64,000 bases of DNA, taken from contig CBDCVR010000015.1 in the NCBI GenBank assembly GCA_965223155.1, forward strand, positions 800,001 through 864,000. The letters are read 5' to 3'. Origin of the DNA: Candidatus Multivoradales bacterium (lineage in GTDB: Bacteria > Acidobacteriota > Thermoanaerobaculia > Multivoradales > JAHEKO01). This document shows, piece by piece, positions 1 to 8,916 of this stretch. The stretch's first letter is position 1; the number at the start of each line of letters is the position of its first letter. The notes below the pieces were generated by a model that searched no databases, was not told the DNA's origin, and saw nothing but the letters and a program-made list of their open reading frames with translations. A program made the position numbers and the translations under genes.

Positions 1-249
1 GGCGCTCCCGCGATCTGGCACTGCGGAGAATGCAACTACCGGGTGAGGCCTCAGGCGGTGGTCGAGATCACGAACCACGGCAATCTGGTGCTGTGCGACT
101 CGTGCAAGAGGATCCTCCATCGCCCGGACACCGCCGCCCCGGTCCAGGCCGGAGCGGCCCAGGCATCGGAGCCAGCAGAGCCAGCCGAGGCATCGGAACC
201 AGCGGAACCAGCGGAACCAGCCGAGGCCGGCACCGAAACCAACGCCTGA
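1..249 (+). CDS. C4-type zinc-ribbon domain protein, C-terminal part (5' truncated by window)
   Basis: Frame 1 from base 1 reads GAPAIWHCGECNYRVRPQ...LVLCDSCKRIL, two CxxC pairs with zf-RING_7/CT398-like spacing, followed by an AEP-rich tail. Confidence 0.8.
   Translation, partial: GAPAIWHCGECNYRVRPQAVVEITNHGNLVLCDSCKRILHRPDTAAPVQAGAAQASEPAEPAEASEPAEPAEPAEAGTETNA
162..227 (+). repeat. Imperfect 9-nt tandem repeat encoding (A/S)EP
   Basis: Repeated gcggaacca/gcagagcca units, translated ASEPAEPAEASEPAEPAEPAEA. Confidence 0.7.
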
Positions 250-274
250 GTCCGGCAGCCGTCTACGTCCCTCC

Positions 275-976
275 ATGCCCGCGGTAGCCGCCAACCTGGC
301 CGCCATCCGCGCCCGGATCGACTCGGCGCTCGAGCGGTCGGGCCGGCCCGCAGGAAGCGTGGTGCTCCTCGGAGCCTCGAAGCGGCAGAGCGACGAACGC
401 ATCCGGGCGGCGGTGGCTGCCGGGCTTGCCGACTTGGGCGAGAATCAGGTCCAGGAGGCCGAGCGGCACCGGCCGCTCGCGCCCAACGCTCGCTGGCACT
501 TGATCGGTCCGCTCCAGTCCAACAAGGTCCGCCGCGCGGTCGCGCTCTTCGACGCCGTGCACTCGGTCGATCGCCTCAAGATCGCCCGCGCCCTCGACCG
601 CGAGGCCGAGCGGTCCGGCCGTGCGCTACCCGGGATGCTCGAGATCAACCTGGGCGGCGAGGCGACCAAGCATGGCTTCCCTCCCGACGAGGTGCTAGCT
701 GCCGCGAGCGCGCTCGCGGAACTCACCCACCTGCGCCTCGAAGGGCTCATGGCGATCCCGCCGCCGGCCCGGACGGCCGAGGAAGCCCGAGGATGGTTTC
801 GCGCTCTCCGCGAGCTACGCGACGAGCTCTTCGCCCTCGAGGCCTGGTCGGACCGGCCAGGCTACCTCTCCATGGGAATGAGCCACGACCTCGAGAGCGC
901 GATCGAGGAGGGCGCTACCCACGTCCGAGTGGGAAGCGCTCTTTTCGGCCCACGCGAACCGAAGGCGGCTCGATGA
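275..976 (+). CDS. yggS: YggS family PLP homeostasis protein
   Basis: LGASK (PLP lysine), GENQVQE, WHLIGPLQSNK, GLMAIPP, LSMGMS, VRVGSALFG motifs. Confidence 0.95.
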   Translation: MPAVAANLAAIRARIDSALERSGRPAGSVVLLGASKRQSDERIRAAVAAGLADLGENQVQEAERHRPLAPNARWHLIGPLQSNKVRRAVALFDAVHSVDRLKIARALDREAERSGRALPGMLEINLGGEATKHGFPPDEVLAAASALAELTHLRLEGLMAIPPPARTAEEARGWFRALRELRDELFALEAWSDRPGYLSMGMSHDLESAIEEGATHVRVGSALFGPREPKAAR

Positions 977-1257
977 AGCTCTCTGCCGGCGCCGCCCGCC
1001 TGGTCTCTGACGTGGCCGCCGGGAGCCTGGAGCGGGCCGAGTTCGAGCCGGTCCTGGCGTTCGCCCTCCTCGAAGACGGCGACTCGAGCGATCTCGGCGC
1101 TCTCTTCGCGAGCCTGGGCGAGGAGGCGGTACGCGGCTGGCTCGAAACCCATCCGGGAAGTCTCTCGCGCAGGAGCCGCGGTTACTGGCGGGCGGTGCTG
1201 GGTCTCGAGCGCCTGCTCGACGAGGTCGGCGAGGTCGACGAGCTTTGGCCCCACTGA
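973..1257 (+). CDS. Small protein, DUF6922-like putative antitoxin
   Basis: ATG at 973 overlaps the yggS stop (ATGA); pattern LLEDGD...LSRRSRGYW; lies immediately upstream of an AbiEii-like gene. Confidence 0.6.
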   Translation: MKLSAGAARLVSDVAAGSLERAEFEPVLAFALLEDGDSSDLGALFASLGEEAVRGWLETHPGSLSRRSRGYWRAVLGLERLLDEVGEVDELWPH

Positions 1258-1922
1258 CCGCCACGCACTCCGATTCGCTCACGGCAGCGAGCCGCCAGGC
1301 GCTTGCCACGCTGAGCGGCCTCGACTTCTGCCGGGACTTCTATCTCGCCGGCTCGGCGGCGCTGGCCCTCTACCTCGGCCACCGCCGGGTGCGGGACCTC
1401 GACTTCATGAGCGCCGGCTCCCGGCTCCGCAGCGCCGAGCGCCGCGATCACCTCGAAGCGATCCTGGCCGTTGACGGATCCACCCAGGTGGAGACCGCCC
1501 GCGACGGGTTCCTGTACGTGCGTCTCGACTCGGGCGTCGGGGTTCGCTTCTACTACTATCCGTATCCTCTGGTCGCTCCCGAGGAGACTTGCCTCGGCGT
1601 CGACGTCGCCTCGGCCCCGGACCTGGGGCTCATGAAGCTCGCCGCGATCGTGAGCCGGGGCCGGCGCAAGGACTTCCTGGATCTCGAGGCTCTGTGCCGG
1701 CGGCTGCCCCTGGACGAGCTCCTGGGCCGGGCGGCGGACAAGTTCGGTCATGTGCGAGACTTCCCTCTGCAAGCGCTCAAAGCACTCGCCGACCACTCGC
1801 ATGCGTTGCCGGAGCCTCACGTCGATGAGGAGGCGTGGTCGGCGGCAGCCTCCTGGGCGCTCGCGGAGACCGTCCGCCTCAGCCGGGAGCGATTCGACCT
1901 TCCGCAGGAACCCTCGCGATGA
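1245..1922 (+). CDS. AbiEii/AbiGii family nucleotidyltransferase (type IV toxin-like)
   Basis: FYLAGSAALALYLGHRRVRDLDF, MKLAAIVSRG, KDFLDL motifs. Confidence 0.85.
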   Translation: MAPLTATHSDSLTAASRQALATLSGLDFCRDFYLAGSAALALYLGHRRVRDLDFMSAGSRLRSAERRDHLEAILAVDGSTQVETARDGFLYVRLDSGVGVRFYYYPYPLVAPEETCLGVDVASAPDLGLMKLAAIVSRGRRKDFLDLEALCRRLPLDELLGRAADKFGHVRDFPLQALKALADHSHALPEPHVDEEAWSAAASWALAETVRLSRERFDLPQEPSR

Positions 1923-3196
1923 CCGACCTTCTCGTCCACAACCTGGCTGAGATCGCGACGCCGACGGGCTCGTCTCCACGAAGCGGCGCCAACCAGGGAC
2001 GGATCCGGCGGGTCGCCGAGGGAGCGGTGTTGTGCCGGGAGGGCCGTATCCGCTTCGTCGGCAAGGAGGCCGAATTGGTCGAGCGCTACGGCACGCTCGA
2101 AGACGTGCCCCGGATCGACGGCAAGCGCGGAACGCTCGTCCCGGGCTTCGTCGATCCGCATACCCATCTTCCCTGGGCCGGGAGCCGCGAGCACGAGTTC
2201 GCGCGGCGCCTGGCCGGAGCCACCTATCAGGAGATCGCCGCCGAAGGAGGCGGCATCCTGGCCACCGTGCGCTCCACCCGCGCCGCCGCCGAAGAGGAGC
2301 TCGTCAACCTCGCGCTCGGCCGCATGGATCGAATGCTCGAGACCGGCACGACGACGGCCGAAGCCAAGTCGGGCTACGGCCTGAGTCTCGACGACGAGCT
2401 CAAACAGTTGCGCGCCGTACGGCGAGCCAACCGGGAGCATTCGGTCGAGCTCGTGCCCACGCTCCTGGCGGCGCACGAGATCCCTCCCGAGTTTCGCGAC
2501 CGGCGCGAGCGCTATCTGGATCTCATCGCCAACGAGATCTTGCCTCAGGTGCGCGACCAAGAGCTGGCGGTCTTTGCAGACGTCTTCTGCGAACGGGGAG
2601 TCTTCTCAGCCGAGGAATCCCGCCGGGTCCTCGAAGCGAGCCGGGAACACGGTCTGGTGCCGCGACTCCATGCCGACGAGTTCGCGGACTCGGGCGGTGC
2701 CGAGCTGGCGGCCGAGCTGGGCGCGGCCTCAGCCGATCACTTGATGGCCATCTCCGAGCGCGGCATCGAGGCGCTCGCCGCCAGCGAAGTCGTGGCGACA
2801 CTTCTTCCTGGCACGAGCTTCTTCCTGATGAAAACGGACTACGCTCCCGCCCGCCGTCTGATCCAGGCAGGGGTTCCGGTGGCTCTGGCCACCGACTGCA
2901 ATCCGGGCTCCTCTCACACCGAATCAATGGCGATGGCGTTCTTGCTGGCGGTCTTCAAGCTGGGCCTGTCGATCGACGAGGCACTTACCGCCGCCACGCT
3001 GAACGCCGCCTGCTCGCTCTACCTGGGCGAGGAGATCGGATCGGTCGAAGAGGGCAAGCGCGCCGACCTGGTCCTTCTGGACGCGCCTTGCGTCGAACAT
3101 CTCGCCTACCACTACGGTGTCAACCTGGTGAGGTCGGTGATCAAGGACGGACGGCTAGTCCTGTCCAGGCCGCCCGGCTTCGGCCGGGTCACATAG
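1919..3196 (+). CDS. hutI: Imidazolonepropionase
   Basis: PGFVDPHTH, YQEIAAEGGGI, EAKSGYGL, DVFCE, LHADE, ATDCNPGSS; ATGA-coupled start at 1919. Confidence 0.95.
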   Translation: MTDLLVHNLAEIATPTGSSPRSGANQGRIRRVAEGAVLCREGRIRFVGKEAELVERYGTLEDVPRIDGKRGTLVPGFVDPHTHLPWAGSREHEFARRLAGATYQEIAAEGGGILATVRSTRAAAEEELVNLALGRMDRMLETGTTTAEAKSGYGLSLDDELKQLRAVRRANREHSVELVPTLLAAHEIPPEFRDRRERYLDLIANEILPQVRDQELAVFADVFCERGVFSAEESRRVLEASREHGLVPRLHADEFADSGGAELAAELGAASADHLMAISERGIEALAASEVVATLLPGTSFFLMKTDYAPARRLIQAGVPVALATDCNPGSSHTESMAMAFLLAVFKLGLSIDEALTAATLNAACSLYLGEEIGSVEEGKRADLVLLDAPCVEHLAYHYGVNLVRSVIKDGRLVLSRPPGFGRVT

Positions 3197-3226
3197 CGCA
3201 ACCGCCCGGCCTTCGACTACGGGCCG

Positions 3227-3514
3227 CTAGTTGACGGATTCGGAACCGGCCGGATCCGCAGCTTCATCCAACGGGCCATAGTTCTTCTCGTAGATTTCGA
3301 GATTCTCGGCTAGCGCCCGCACGATCCGCTTGAGGTGTCCGGGGCTGGTGATCAGCCGAGATGCCAGCACCGCCTGCGGCGGCACCATGTTGATGAAGTC
3401 GAGGATGAACTCCTCGCGGGTGTGGGTGACGCGCAACAGGTTCGAGTACCGGCCCTTGAGGTCGTCGTCGTGGATCTTGATGTTCAGGGTCTTCTGCGAC
3501 TTGCTTTCACTCAT
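3227..3514 (-). CDS. DUF3467 domain protein
   Basis: GRYSN...HTREEFILDF...RLITSPGHLKRIVRALAENL...YEKNYG; start overlaps the wzt stop. Confidence 0.85.
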   Translation of the reverse strand: MSESKSQKTLNIKIHDDDLKGRYSNLLRVTHTREEFILDFINMVPPQAVLASRLITSPGHLKRIVRALAENLEIYEKNYGPLDEAADPAGSESVN

Positions 3515-4914
3515 GCGCTCTCCGGTTCCAGGCTCCACTCGACGCCTCCGTCGAATTGCCACTGATGGGGTGGGAAATAGACGCCGACACCCTGCTCACG
3601 CGACAGCACTGTGAAGCTCAAGATCTGCCGGTGGTAGTCGTAGGGATAGCCATCGCGGGCATGGACCGCGGCGTCCAAGAGGTATTCGCCCGGGGCCAGG
3701 CGCAGGGAGGGACAGCTGATCCGCGCGGTCGCCGACCCTTCGAAGGCGTCCGAGACGAAGCCGGCGAGATGGGTGTTGGTCCCCCAAACCTCGGTGCCCC
3801 GGAAGGTGAACACCCCAATGCCGAAGACAAAGTCCTCGAGCTTCCGGTGCGCGCGCACCTCGATCTCGAAGGCCACCTCGTCGCCGCTGTCGAAGTTGTA
3901 ACGCTCGCTGCCGCTGGCGTCGAGCATGCGGGCGCGCACGATCTCCGCTTCCCGCGAGCCCCAGCGCTTGACCTCGGGCTCGCCGTCCGCGCCCTCCTCG
4001 CCGCCCTCGCCCGGGTCCGGCTCTGGCGCGGCCGCGGCCGGCTCATCTTCGGCGGGCTCCTCGAGCACGACGTCCGACTCGGCATCCGCCGAGTCGGCCA
4101 GAGCGATCTCCTGCTCGCGGCGTTCTTTGGCCTCGAGATGCTCCTGACCCTCGGCCTCGGCCACCTGCTGCCGGTAGGCATCGACCACCCGGCGCGGATG
4201 GCCCAGCAACCGGAGCTTGCCGCCCTCCATCCACAGGCAACGGTCGGCGAACTCCTCCACCAGACCCAAGGAGTGGCTGACCAGAAGCACGGTCCCGCCC
4301 CGCGCCAGAAACTCTTCGATCCGCCGCACGCACCTGTGGGCAAAGGCCTCGTCGCCGACGGCCAGGACCTCGTCCACAAGCAGCACATCCGGACTGGTAT
4401 GGATCGCCACCGAAAAGCCCAGGCGCACGTACATGCCCGAGGAGTAGTTCTTGACCGGCTCGTCCATGAAATCGGCGAGACCGGAAAACTCCACGATGTC
4501 GTCGTACCGGCGCTCGATCTCTCGCCGGCTCAAACCCAGGACCACGCCGTTGATGAAGACATTCTCGCGGCCCGAGATCTCGGGGTGAAAGCCGGCGCCG
4601 AGCTCGATCAGCGCAGCCACGCGGCCGTTGACGTCGATCGTGCCCGAGGTGGGCTTCATGATTCCAGCCACCATCTTGAGCAGAGACGACTTACCCGAGC
4701 CGTTGCTGCCGACGACCGCGAAGGCCTCCCCCGGCTCGACCGCAAACGACAGGTCGTCGACCGCCCGGATCGTCTCCTCCGGACGCAGCCCCTCGGTCAG
4801 GCTCCGTTCCAGAAGGGCGCTCTTGAGCGTTCGGAGCTTGTGGCCGGCCGCCATGCGCCGGTAGTGCTTGGTTAGTCCTTCGGCGCGAATCGCGCCCTTC
4901 GCCAAGGACCTCAC
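3511..4914 (-). CDS. wzt: Polysaccharide ABC exporter ATP-binding subunit with Wzt C-terminal domain
   Basis: GSNGSGKS, ELGAGFHPEISGREN, YSSGMYVRLGF, DEVLAVGD; C-terminal RWGS...LAPGEY beta domain. Confidence 0.9.
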   Translation of the reverse strand: MRSLAKGAIRAEGLTKHYRRMAAGHKLRTLKSALLERSLTEGLRPEETIRAVDDLSFAVEPGEAFAVVGSNGSGKSSLLKMVAGIMKPTSGTIDVNGRVAALIELGAGFHPEISGRENVFINGVVLGLSRREIERRYDDIVEFSGLADFMDEPVKNYSSGMYVRLGFSVAIHTSPDVLLVDEVLAVGDEAFAHRCVRRIEEFLARGGTVLLVSHSLGLVEEFADRCLWMEGGKLRLLGHPRRVVDAYRQQVAEAEGQEHLEAKERREQEIALADSADAESDVVLEEPAEDEPAAAAPEPDPGEGGEEGADGEPEVKRWGSREAEIVRARMLDASGSERYNFDSGDEVAFEIEVRAHRKLEDFVFGIGVFTFRGTEVWGTNTHLAGFVSDAFEGSATARISCPSLRLAPGEYLLDAAVHARDGYPYDYHRQILSFTVLSREQGVGVYFPPHQWQFDGGVEWSLEPESA

Positions 4915-4948
4915 GACTGCCAGGACCTCACGCTTCGAGCACGGCCCG

Positions 4949-5752
4949 TCACACCGCCTCCACCAGGCTGTCCGCGAGCCGATCGAAGAGCCAGCAGCCG
5001 ACCGCCCAGACCACCACCGCCCAGACCACCATCTGCGCCACGACCAGGGGCTCCGGCGAGGTCCCCGCGAACACCGCCTGCTGGTAGGCGGTCGAGAATG
5101 GCGTCAACGGATTGAGCCAGGCCATCGCCCAGCGCCCCCACTTCCAGGCGATCCAGGACAGTGGGAACAGGATCGGTGTGAGATAGAGCAGTAGCGACAG
5201 AACGTTCGCCAGAATGTCTTTGACGTCCTTGAAGTGCACGTTGAGCGCCGACAGCCCCAGGGTGAAGCCGCCTACGACGAAGAACTCGAGGAGGATCACC
5301 ACCGGCAGCCAGAGCACGCTCCAACCTCCGACCGGGTATCCCATCCACCGGCCCACCAGGAGACCGGCACCCAGGATCGGCAGGGCCAAGAGGAAGTGAA
5401 TGAGATTCGAGATCACGAAAACCATCGGCAGCACTTCGGCCGGAAACACCGCGCGCCGGATGAGTCCGGCGCCCGACAGGAGCGACTGCGTGCCCTCGAG
5501 CAGCGAGGTCGAGACCCAGATCCACGGGAAGAGCCCGCACATCAGAAACAGGGGATAGGGCTCCCCGCCTTCGACCCGGGGGGCGAAGATGTAGGTGAAA
5601 ACGAACGAGTAGACCGCCAAGAGCAGAATCGGGTTGACCAGGGACCAGAAGAAGCCCAGCACGGAGCCCCGGTAGCGGCCCTTGAGCTCGCGCACCACCA
5701 GCGTGTAAAGCAGGTTGCGATAGCGCAGCAGGCGCCGGGAAATGTCCAGCAT
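4949..5752 (-). CDS. wzm: Polysaccharide ABC exporter permease
   Basis: RELKGRYRGSVLGFFWSLVNP, YLTPILFP, LNPL; multiple TM helices; adjacent to wzt. Confidence 0.9.
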   Translation of the reverse strand: MLDISRRLLRYRNLLYTLVVRELKGRYRGSVLGFFWSLVNPILLLAVYSFVFTYIFAPRVEGGEPYPLFLMCGLFPWIWVSTSLLEGTQSLLSGAGLIRRAVFPAEVLPMVFVISNLIHFLLALPILGAGLLVGRWMGYPVGGWSVLWLPVVILLEFFVVGGFTLGLSALNVHFKDVKDILANVLSLLLYLTPILFPLSWIAWKWGRWAMAWLNPLTPFSTAYQQAVFAGTSPEPLVVAQMVVWAVVVWAVGCWLFDRLADSLVEAV

Positions 5753-5866
5753 CGACTTCGTGACCGGTTCCGGAAGCGGGCTCTCGAGCAGCCTTGCCCG
5801 GCTGCCGTCGGACGATTCTAGCCCGGGTAGTCGGGAGTGCGCCCGGGCCCGTTCCGGGCCTGCGGG

Positions 5867-7060
5867 CTAGTTCTGGTTGCGCCGGCGCTGCGCCTCTTCC
5901 AGCCGGCGCAGGCGATCCAGCAGCTCGCGGCGGCGACGCTCGACTTCCTTCTCGTAGTCAATCAGGCCGCCGTCCTCGACCACGTAGACGCGCGGGAACT
6001 TCTGGGCATCGCCACGCTCGTCGAACTGGATGGTGCCGGTGACCCCGGCGAAGTCGCGCAGGCCGCGCACCTTCTGCCACAAGCTTGTGGCCACGATCTC
6101 GCCTTCGCTGAGAGCGGCGATCAGCACCATCAAGGCGTCGTAGCCGTGGGCGGCGTAGAGGTTCGGGTTGAGGCCGTACTTGGCGTGAAAGGCCTCGACG
6201 AAGTTCTTGACCTTGGGATCTTCGCTGCCGACGTCGAAGCCGGCCTGGGTCAGGAAGACGCCCTCACCAGCAGCACCGGTAGCCTCGATCGCCTCCGGGG
6301 CGGCAAACGCGGAGGTGGTCAGCAGGCGTCCTTCGTAGCCGCGCTCGCGCAGCTCGACGATCATTTTGCCGATGTCCCCGGCAAAGGCCGCCAGACAGAC
6401 GCCGTCGGGGTTGAGGCTGACCACCCGGTCGATGAAGCCGGAAAAGTCAGCGGCCCCGGCCGGGTACTCGATCGCCTCGAGCACTTGCCCGCCGTTGCGC
6501 TCGAACTCGGCCTGGAAGACCTCTCTGATTCCGCGCGCGTACGTGTCTTCTTTTGCCAGGATGACGACGCTTTCGAGCTGCAGCTTCTGGGAGGCAAAGT
6601 TGCCCATGGTCGTGCCTTCACGAGAATCGGAAGGAAAGACACGGTAGAAGTTCTTGGAGATGCCGGTGAGCTGCGGCGTCGAGGCCGACGGCGAGATCAG
6701 GACGCGGTTGTACCGATCCGCCACCGGCACCATCTGGAGCGCCTCGTCCGACATCACGCCACCGATGACCGCCACCGCGCCGGCGTCCACCTGCTCTTCC
6801 ATGAGCTGCGCCGCCGTGGCCGGATCGCCACCGGTGTCGACGACCGTAAGCTCGATCTCGAACGGCAGCTCTCCGGCCTCGGACAGTTCCTCGAAGCCCA
6901 GCTCCACACCCTTCTTGACCGCTTGGCCGTAGATCTCGAACCCTCCGGTGGCCGGCACGATGGCCGCAACCTTGATCGCTTCTCCCTTCTGGCAAGCGCC
7001 GGTCAGAACAACGACGCCGATCAGCGAAACCACAAGAAGACAAAGAGATTTACGTCTCAT
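5867..7060 (-). CDS. LivJ-like (type 1 periplasmic binding fold) lipoprotein
   Basis: Lipobox LTGAC; ISPSAST, FYRVFPSD, GYDA, GVTGTIQFDERGD. Confidence 0.85.
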   Translation of the reverse strand: MRRKSLCLLVVSLIGVVVLTGACQKGEAIKVAAIVPATGGFEIYGQAVKKGVELGFEELSEAGELPFEIELTVVDTGGDPATAAQLMEEQVDAGAVAVIGGVMSDEALQMVPVADRYNRVLISPSASTPQLTGISKNFYRVFPSDSREGTTMGNFASQKLQLESVVILAKEDTYARGIREVFQAEFERNGGQVLEAIEYPAGAADFSGFIDRVVSLNPDGVCLAAFAGDIGKMIVELRERGYEGRLLTTSAFAAPEAIEATGAAGEGVFLTQAGFDVGSEDPKVKNFVEAFHAKYGLNPNLYAAHGYDALMVLIAALSEGEIVATSLWQKVRGLRDFAGVTGTIQFDERGDAQKFPRVYVVEDGGLIDYEKEVERRRRELLDRLRRLEEAQRRRNQN

Positions 7061-7088
7061 AAGCAGAACCCCCTAAGGCGGATGACTT

Positions 7089-7118
7089 GTTGTAACGCGT
7101 CCACTCGAAAGCTGTCAA
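7089..7118 (-). promoter_or_regulatory. Sigma70-type promoter for the LivJ-like gene
   Basis: Minus strand TTGACA (7118-7113), 18-nt spacer, TACAAC (7094-7089); AGGGGG RBS before ATG 7060. Confidence 0.6.
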
Positions 7119-7196
7119 GCGCAAAAGCCTCCTTCCGGTTCGACCCCGATACCGCCGATGCGGTTCCAGCCCGCCAAGCGACGGTACAATCGCCTC

Positions 7197-7505
7197 ATGG
7201 CCGAACCGTCCAAGCTCACGGTGCGCTGTCCCGAATGCGACGCTGATCTGGTGATCGACGCCGGCACCGGCACCGTGCTCTTCCACAAGAAGCGCAAGGA
7301 GGAGCCGGCCGCGGGCAAGGACTTCGAGCAACTCTTCCAGGAGCTTGAAGACGAGAAGACCCAAGCCGAAGCGACCTTCACCCGTGAAGTCGCGGCGCTC
7401 CAAGATCGCGACCGTGTCCTCGAAGAGAAGTTCCGCGAGGCGATGAAGCAAGCCGAGGATTCGCCCGACGACGAGCCCCCGCCGCGCCCGTTCGACCTGG
7501 ACTAG
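7197..7505 (+). CDS. Conserved hypothetical protein (CxxC N-terminus, coiled-coil C-terminus)
   Basis: VRCPEC, acidic helical region ending PFDLD; TACAAT 6 nt before ATG. Confidence 0.75.
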   Translation: MAEPSKLTVRCPECDADLVIDAGTGTVLFHKKRKEEPAAGKDFEQLFQELEDEKTQAEATFTREVAALQDRDRVLEEKFREAMKQAEDSPDDEPPPRPFDLD

Positions 7506-7596
7506 CCACAATCGACTCCTCGCCAAACGCCCGGCGAAGCGGAGCGAAGGAGCTCCACGCTGCGGCCTGTTGGCCGAGGTTTGACCGAAATGCCGG

Positions 7597-8916
7597 CTAG
7601 AGCCGGAAGCTCAAGTAGTAGGAGCGGCGCCCTCGCTGGACGACCAGCAACAACCCGCCTCGGTCGAGCGCGCGGGCAACCTCGGTCGCCAGCCCCTGAA
7701 TGGTCGTCACCCGGCGTCCGTTTGCCTGAAGAATCACGTCGCCCCGGGCCAGGCCCTTGCGCTCCGCGGCCGAGCCCGGGCGTACCCTGACGATCGCCAG
7801 CCGCCCCTGGACCTCGTCCACCACGACGCCGACTCGTGCTTCCAAGTGGTTCATGCCCAGGTCAGCCGGCGGCCGATCCACAACCAGACGGGTCTCGATT
7901 TCGCGGCCCTCGCGCCACACCCGCAAATCCACGGCGCGGCCCACGGGAACCGAGTAGAGAACCGTCAAGACGTCTTCCCGAGTAGCGACGGCCTTGCTGC
8001 CGATGCGCAGGACGACATCCCCGGCGCGCAGCCCGGCCCGCGCCGCCGGAGAACCGGGCTGGACACGCTCGATCAGCGCCCCGCGATCCACCGGCAGCTC
8101 GAAGCGGCGCGCCAGCTCGCGGTTGAGGGTCATCATCCGCAGTCCGCTCCAGACCGGCTGCAGGCTGCCGAACCGGAGCAGGTCCTCGACCACCCGCCGC
8201 GCCCGGTCCGCCGGAATCGCGAAGCCGATGCCTTCGGCGCCGGCGACGATCGCCGTGTTGATGCCGATGACGTGGCCGTCCAGGTTGACCAGTGGGCCGC
8301 CCGAATTGCCGGGATTGATGGAAGCATCGGTCTGGAGGAAGTCGGTGTAGACGACCTCGCCGCTCTCGGCGGGCACCGTCCGTCCGCGCGCCGAGAGCAC
8401 GCCGGTGGTGACCGTGTTCGACAGCCCCAGGGGGTTGCCGAGCGCGACCACGGTCTCACCGATCATGAGGTCGGAGCTGGTTCCGAGCGGGATCGCCGGA
8501 AGCCGGGCACCATCCACCTTGAGAACCGCCAGATCAGAATCCCGATCGAAGCCCAAAACCTCGGCCTCGAGTTCGCGGCCGTCGGCCAGCGTCACCAGGA
8601 TCCGGGAGGCACCCTCGATGACGTGGGCATTGGTCACCACTGTGCCGTTGGCGGCGATCACGAAGCCGGAGCCCAGTGATTCGACCCGGCGGCGGCGTGA
8701 GAAGAACTCCCCGAAGAAGGGATCGGCCTGGCGCACGATGGCTTCGGCCGAGATGTTCACTACCGCCGGGGAGACTTGCTGGACGATCCCGACCACCGGA
8801 GTCCGACGTACGGCGCTCACGCTTGCCGAGGCGGCCTCGGCCGCCTCGCGCTGCTCGCCAACCAAGCCGGCAAGCGCGAGAACCGCTATGGCAACGGCGG
8901 CCGGAACCGGCCTCAA
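7597..8916 (-). CDS. HtrA/DegP family serine protease with two PDZ domains
   Basis: [29 protein letters not shown]; two PDZ repeats ([18 protein letters not shown]). Confidence 0.95.
   Translation of the reverse strand: MRPVPAAVAIAVLALAGLVGEQREAAEAASASVSAVRRTPVVGIVQQVSPAVVNISAEAIVRQADPFFGEFFSRRRRVESLGSGFVIAANGTVVTNAHVIEGASRILVTLADGRELEAEVLGFDRDSDLAVLKVDGARLPAIPLGTSSDLMIGETVVALGNPLGLSNTVTTGVLSARGRTVPAESGEVVYTDFLQTDASINPGNSGGPLVNLDGHVIGINTAIVAGAEGIGFAIPADRARRVVEDLLRFGSLQPVWSGLRMMTLNRELARRFELPVDRGALIERVQPGSPAARAGLRAGDVVLRIGSKAVATREDVLTVLYSVPVGRAVDLRVWREGREIETRLVVDRPPADLGMNHLEARVGVVVDEVQGRLAIVRVRPGSAAERKGLARGDVILQANGRRVTTIQGLATEVARALDRGGLLLVVQRGRRSYYLSFRL

Noticed and set aside
162-227. CRISPR-like repeat array
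   Set aside because: 9-nt in-frame coding repeats with no spacers and no cas genes.
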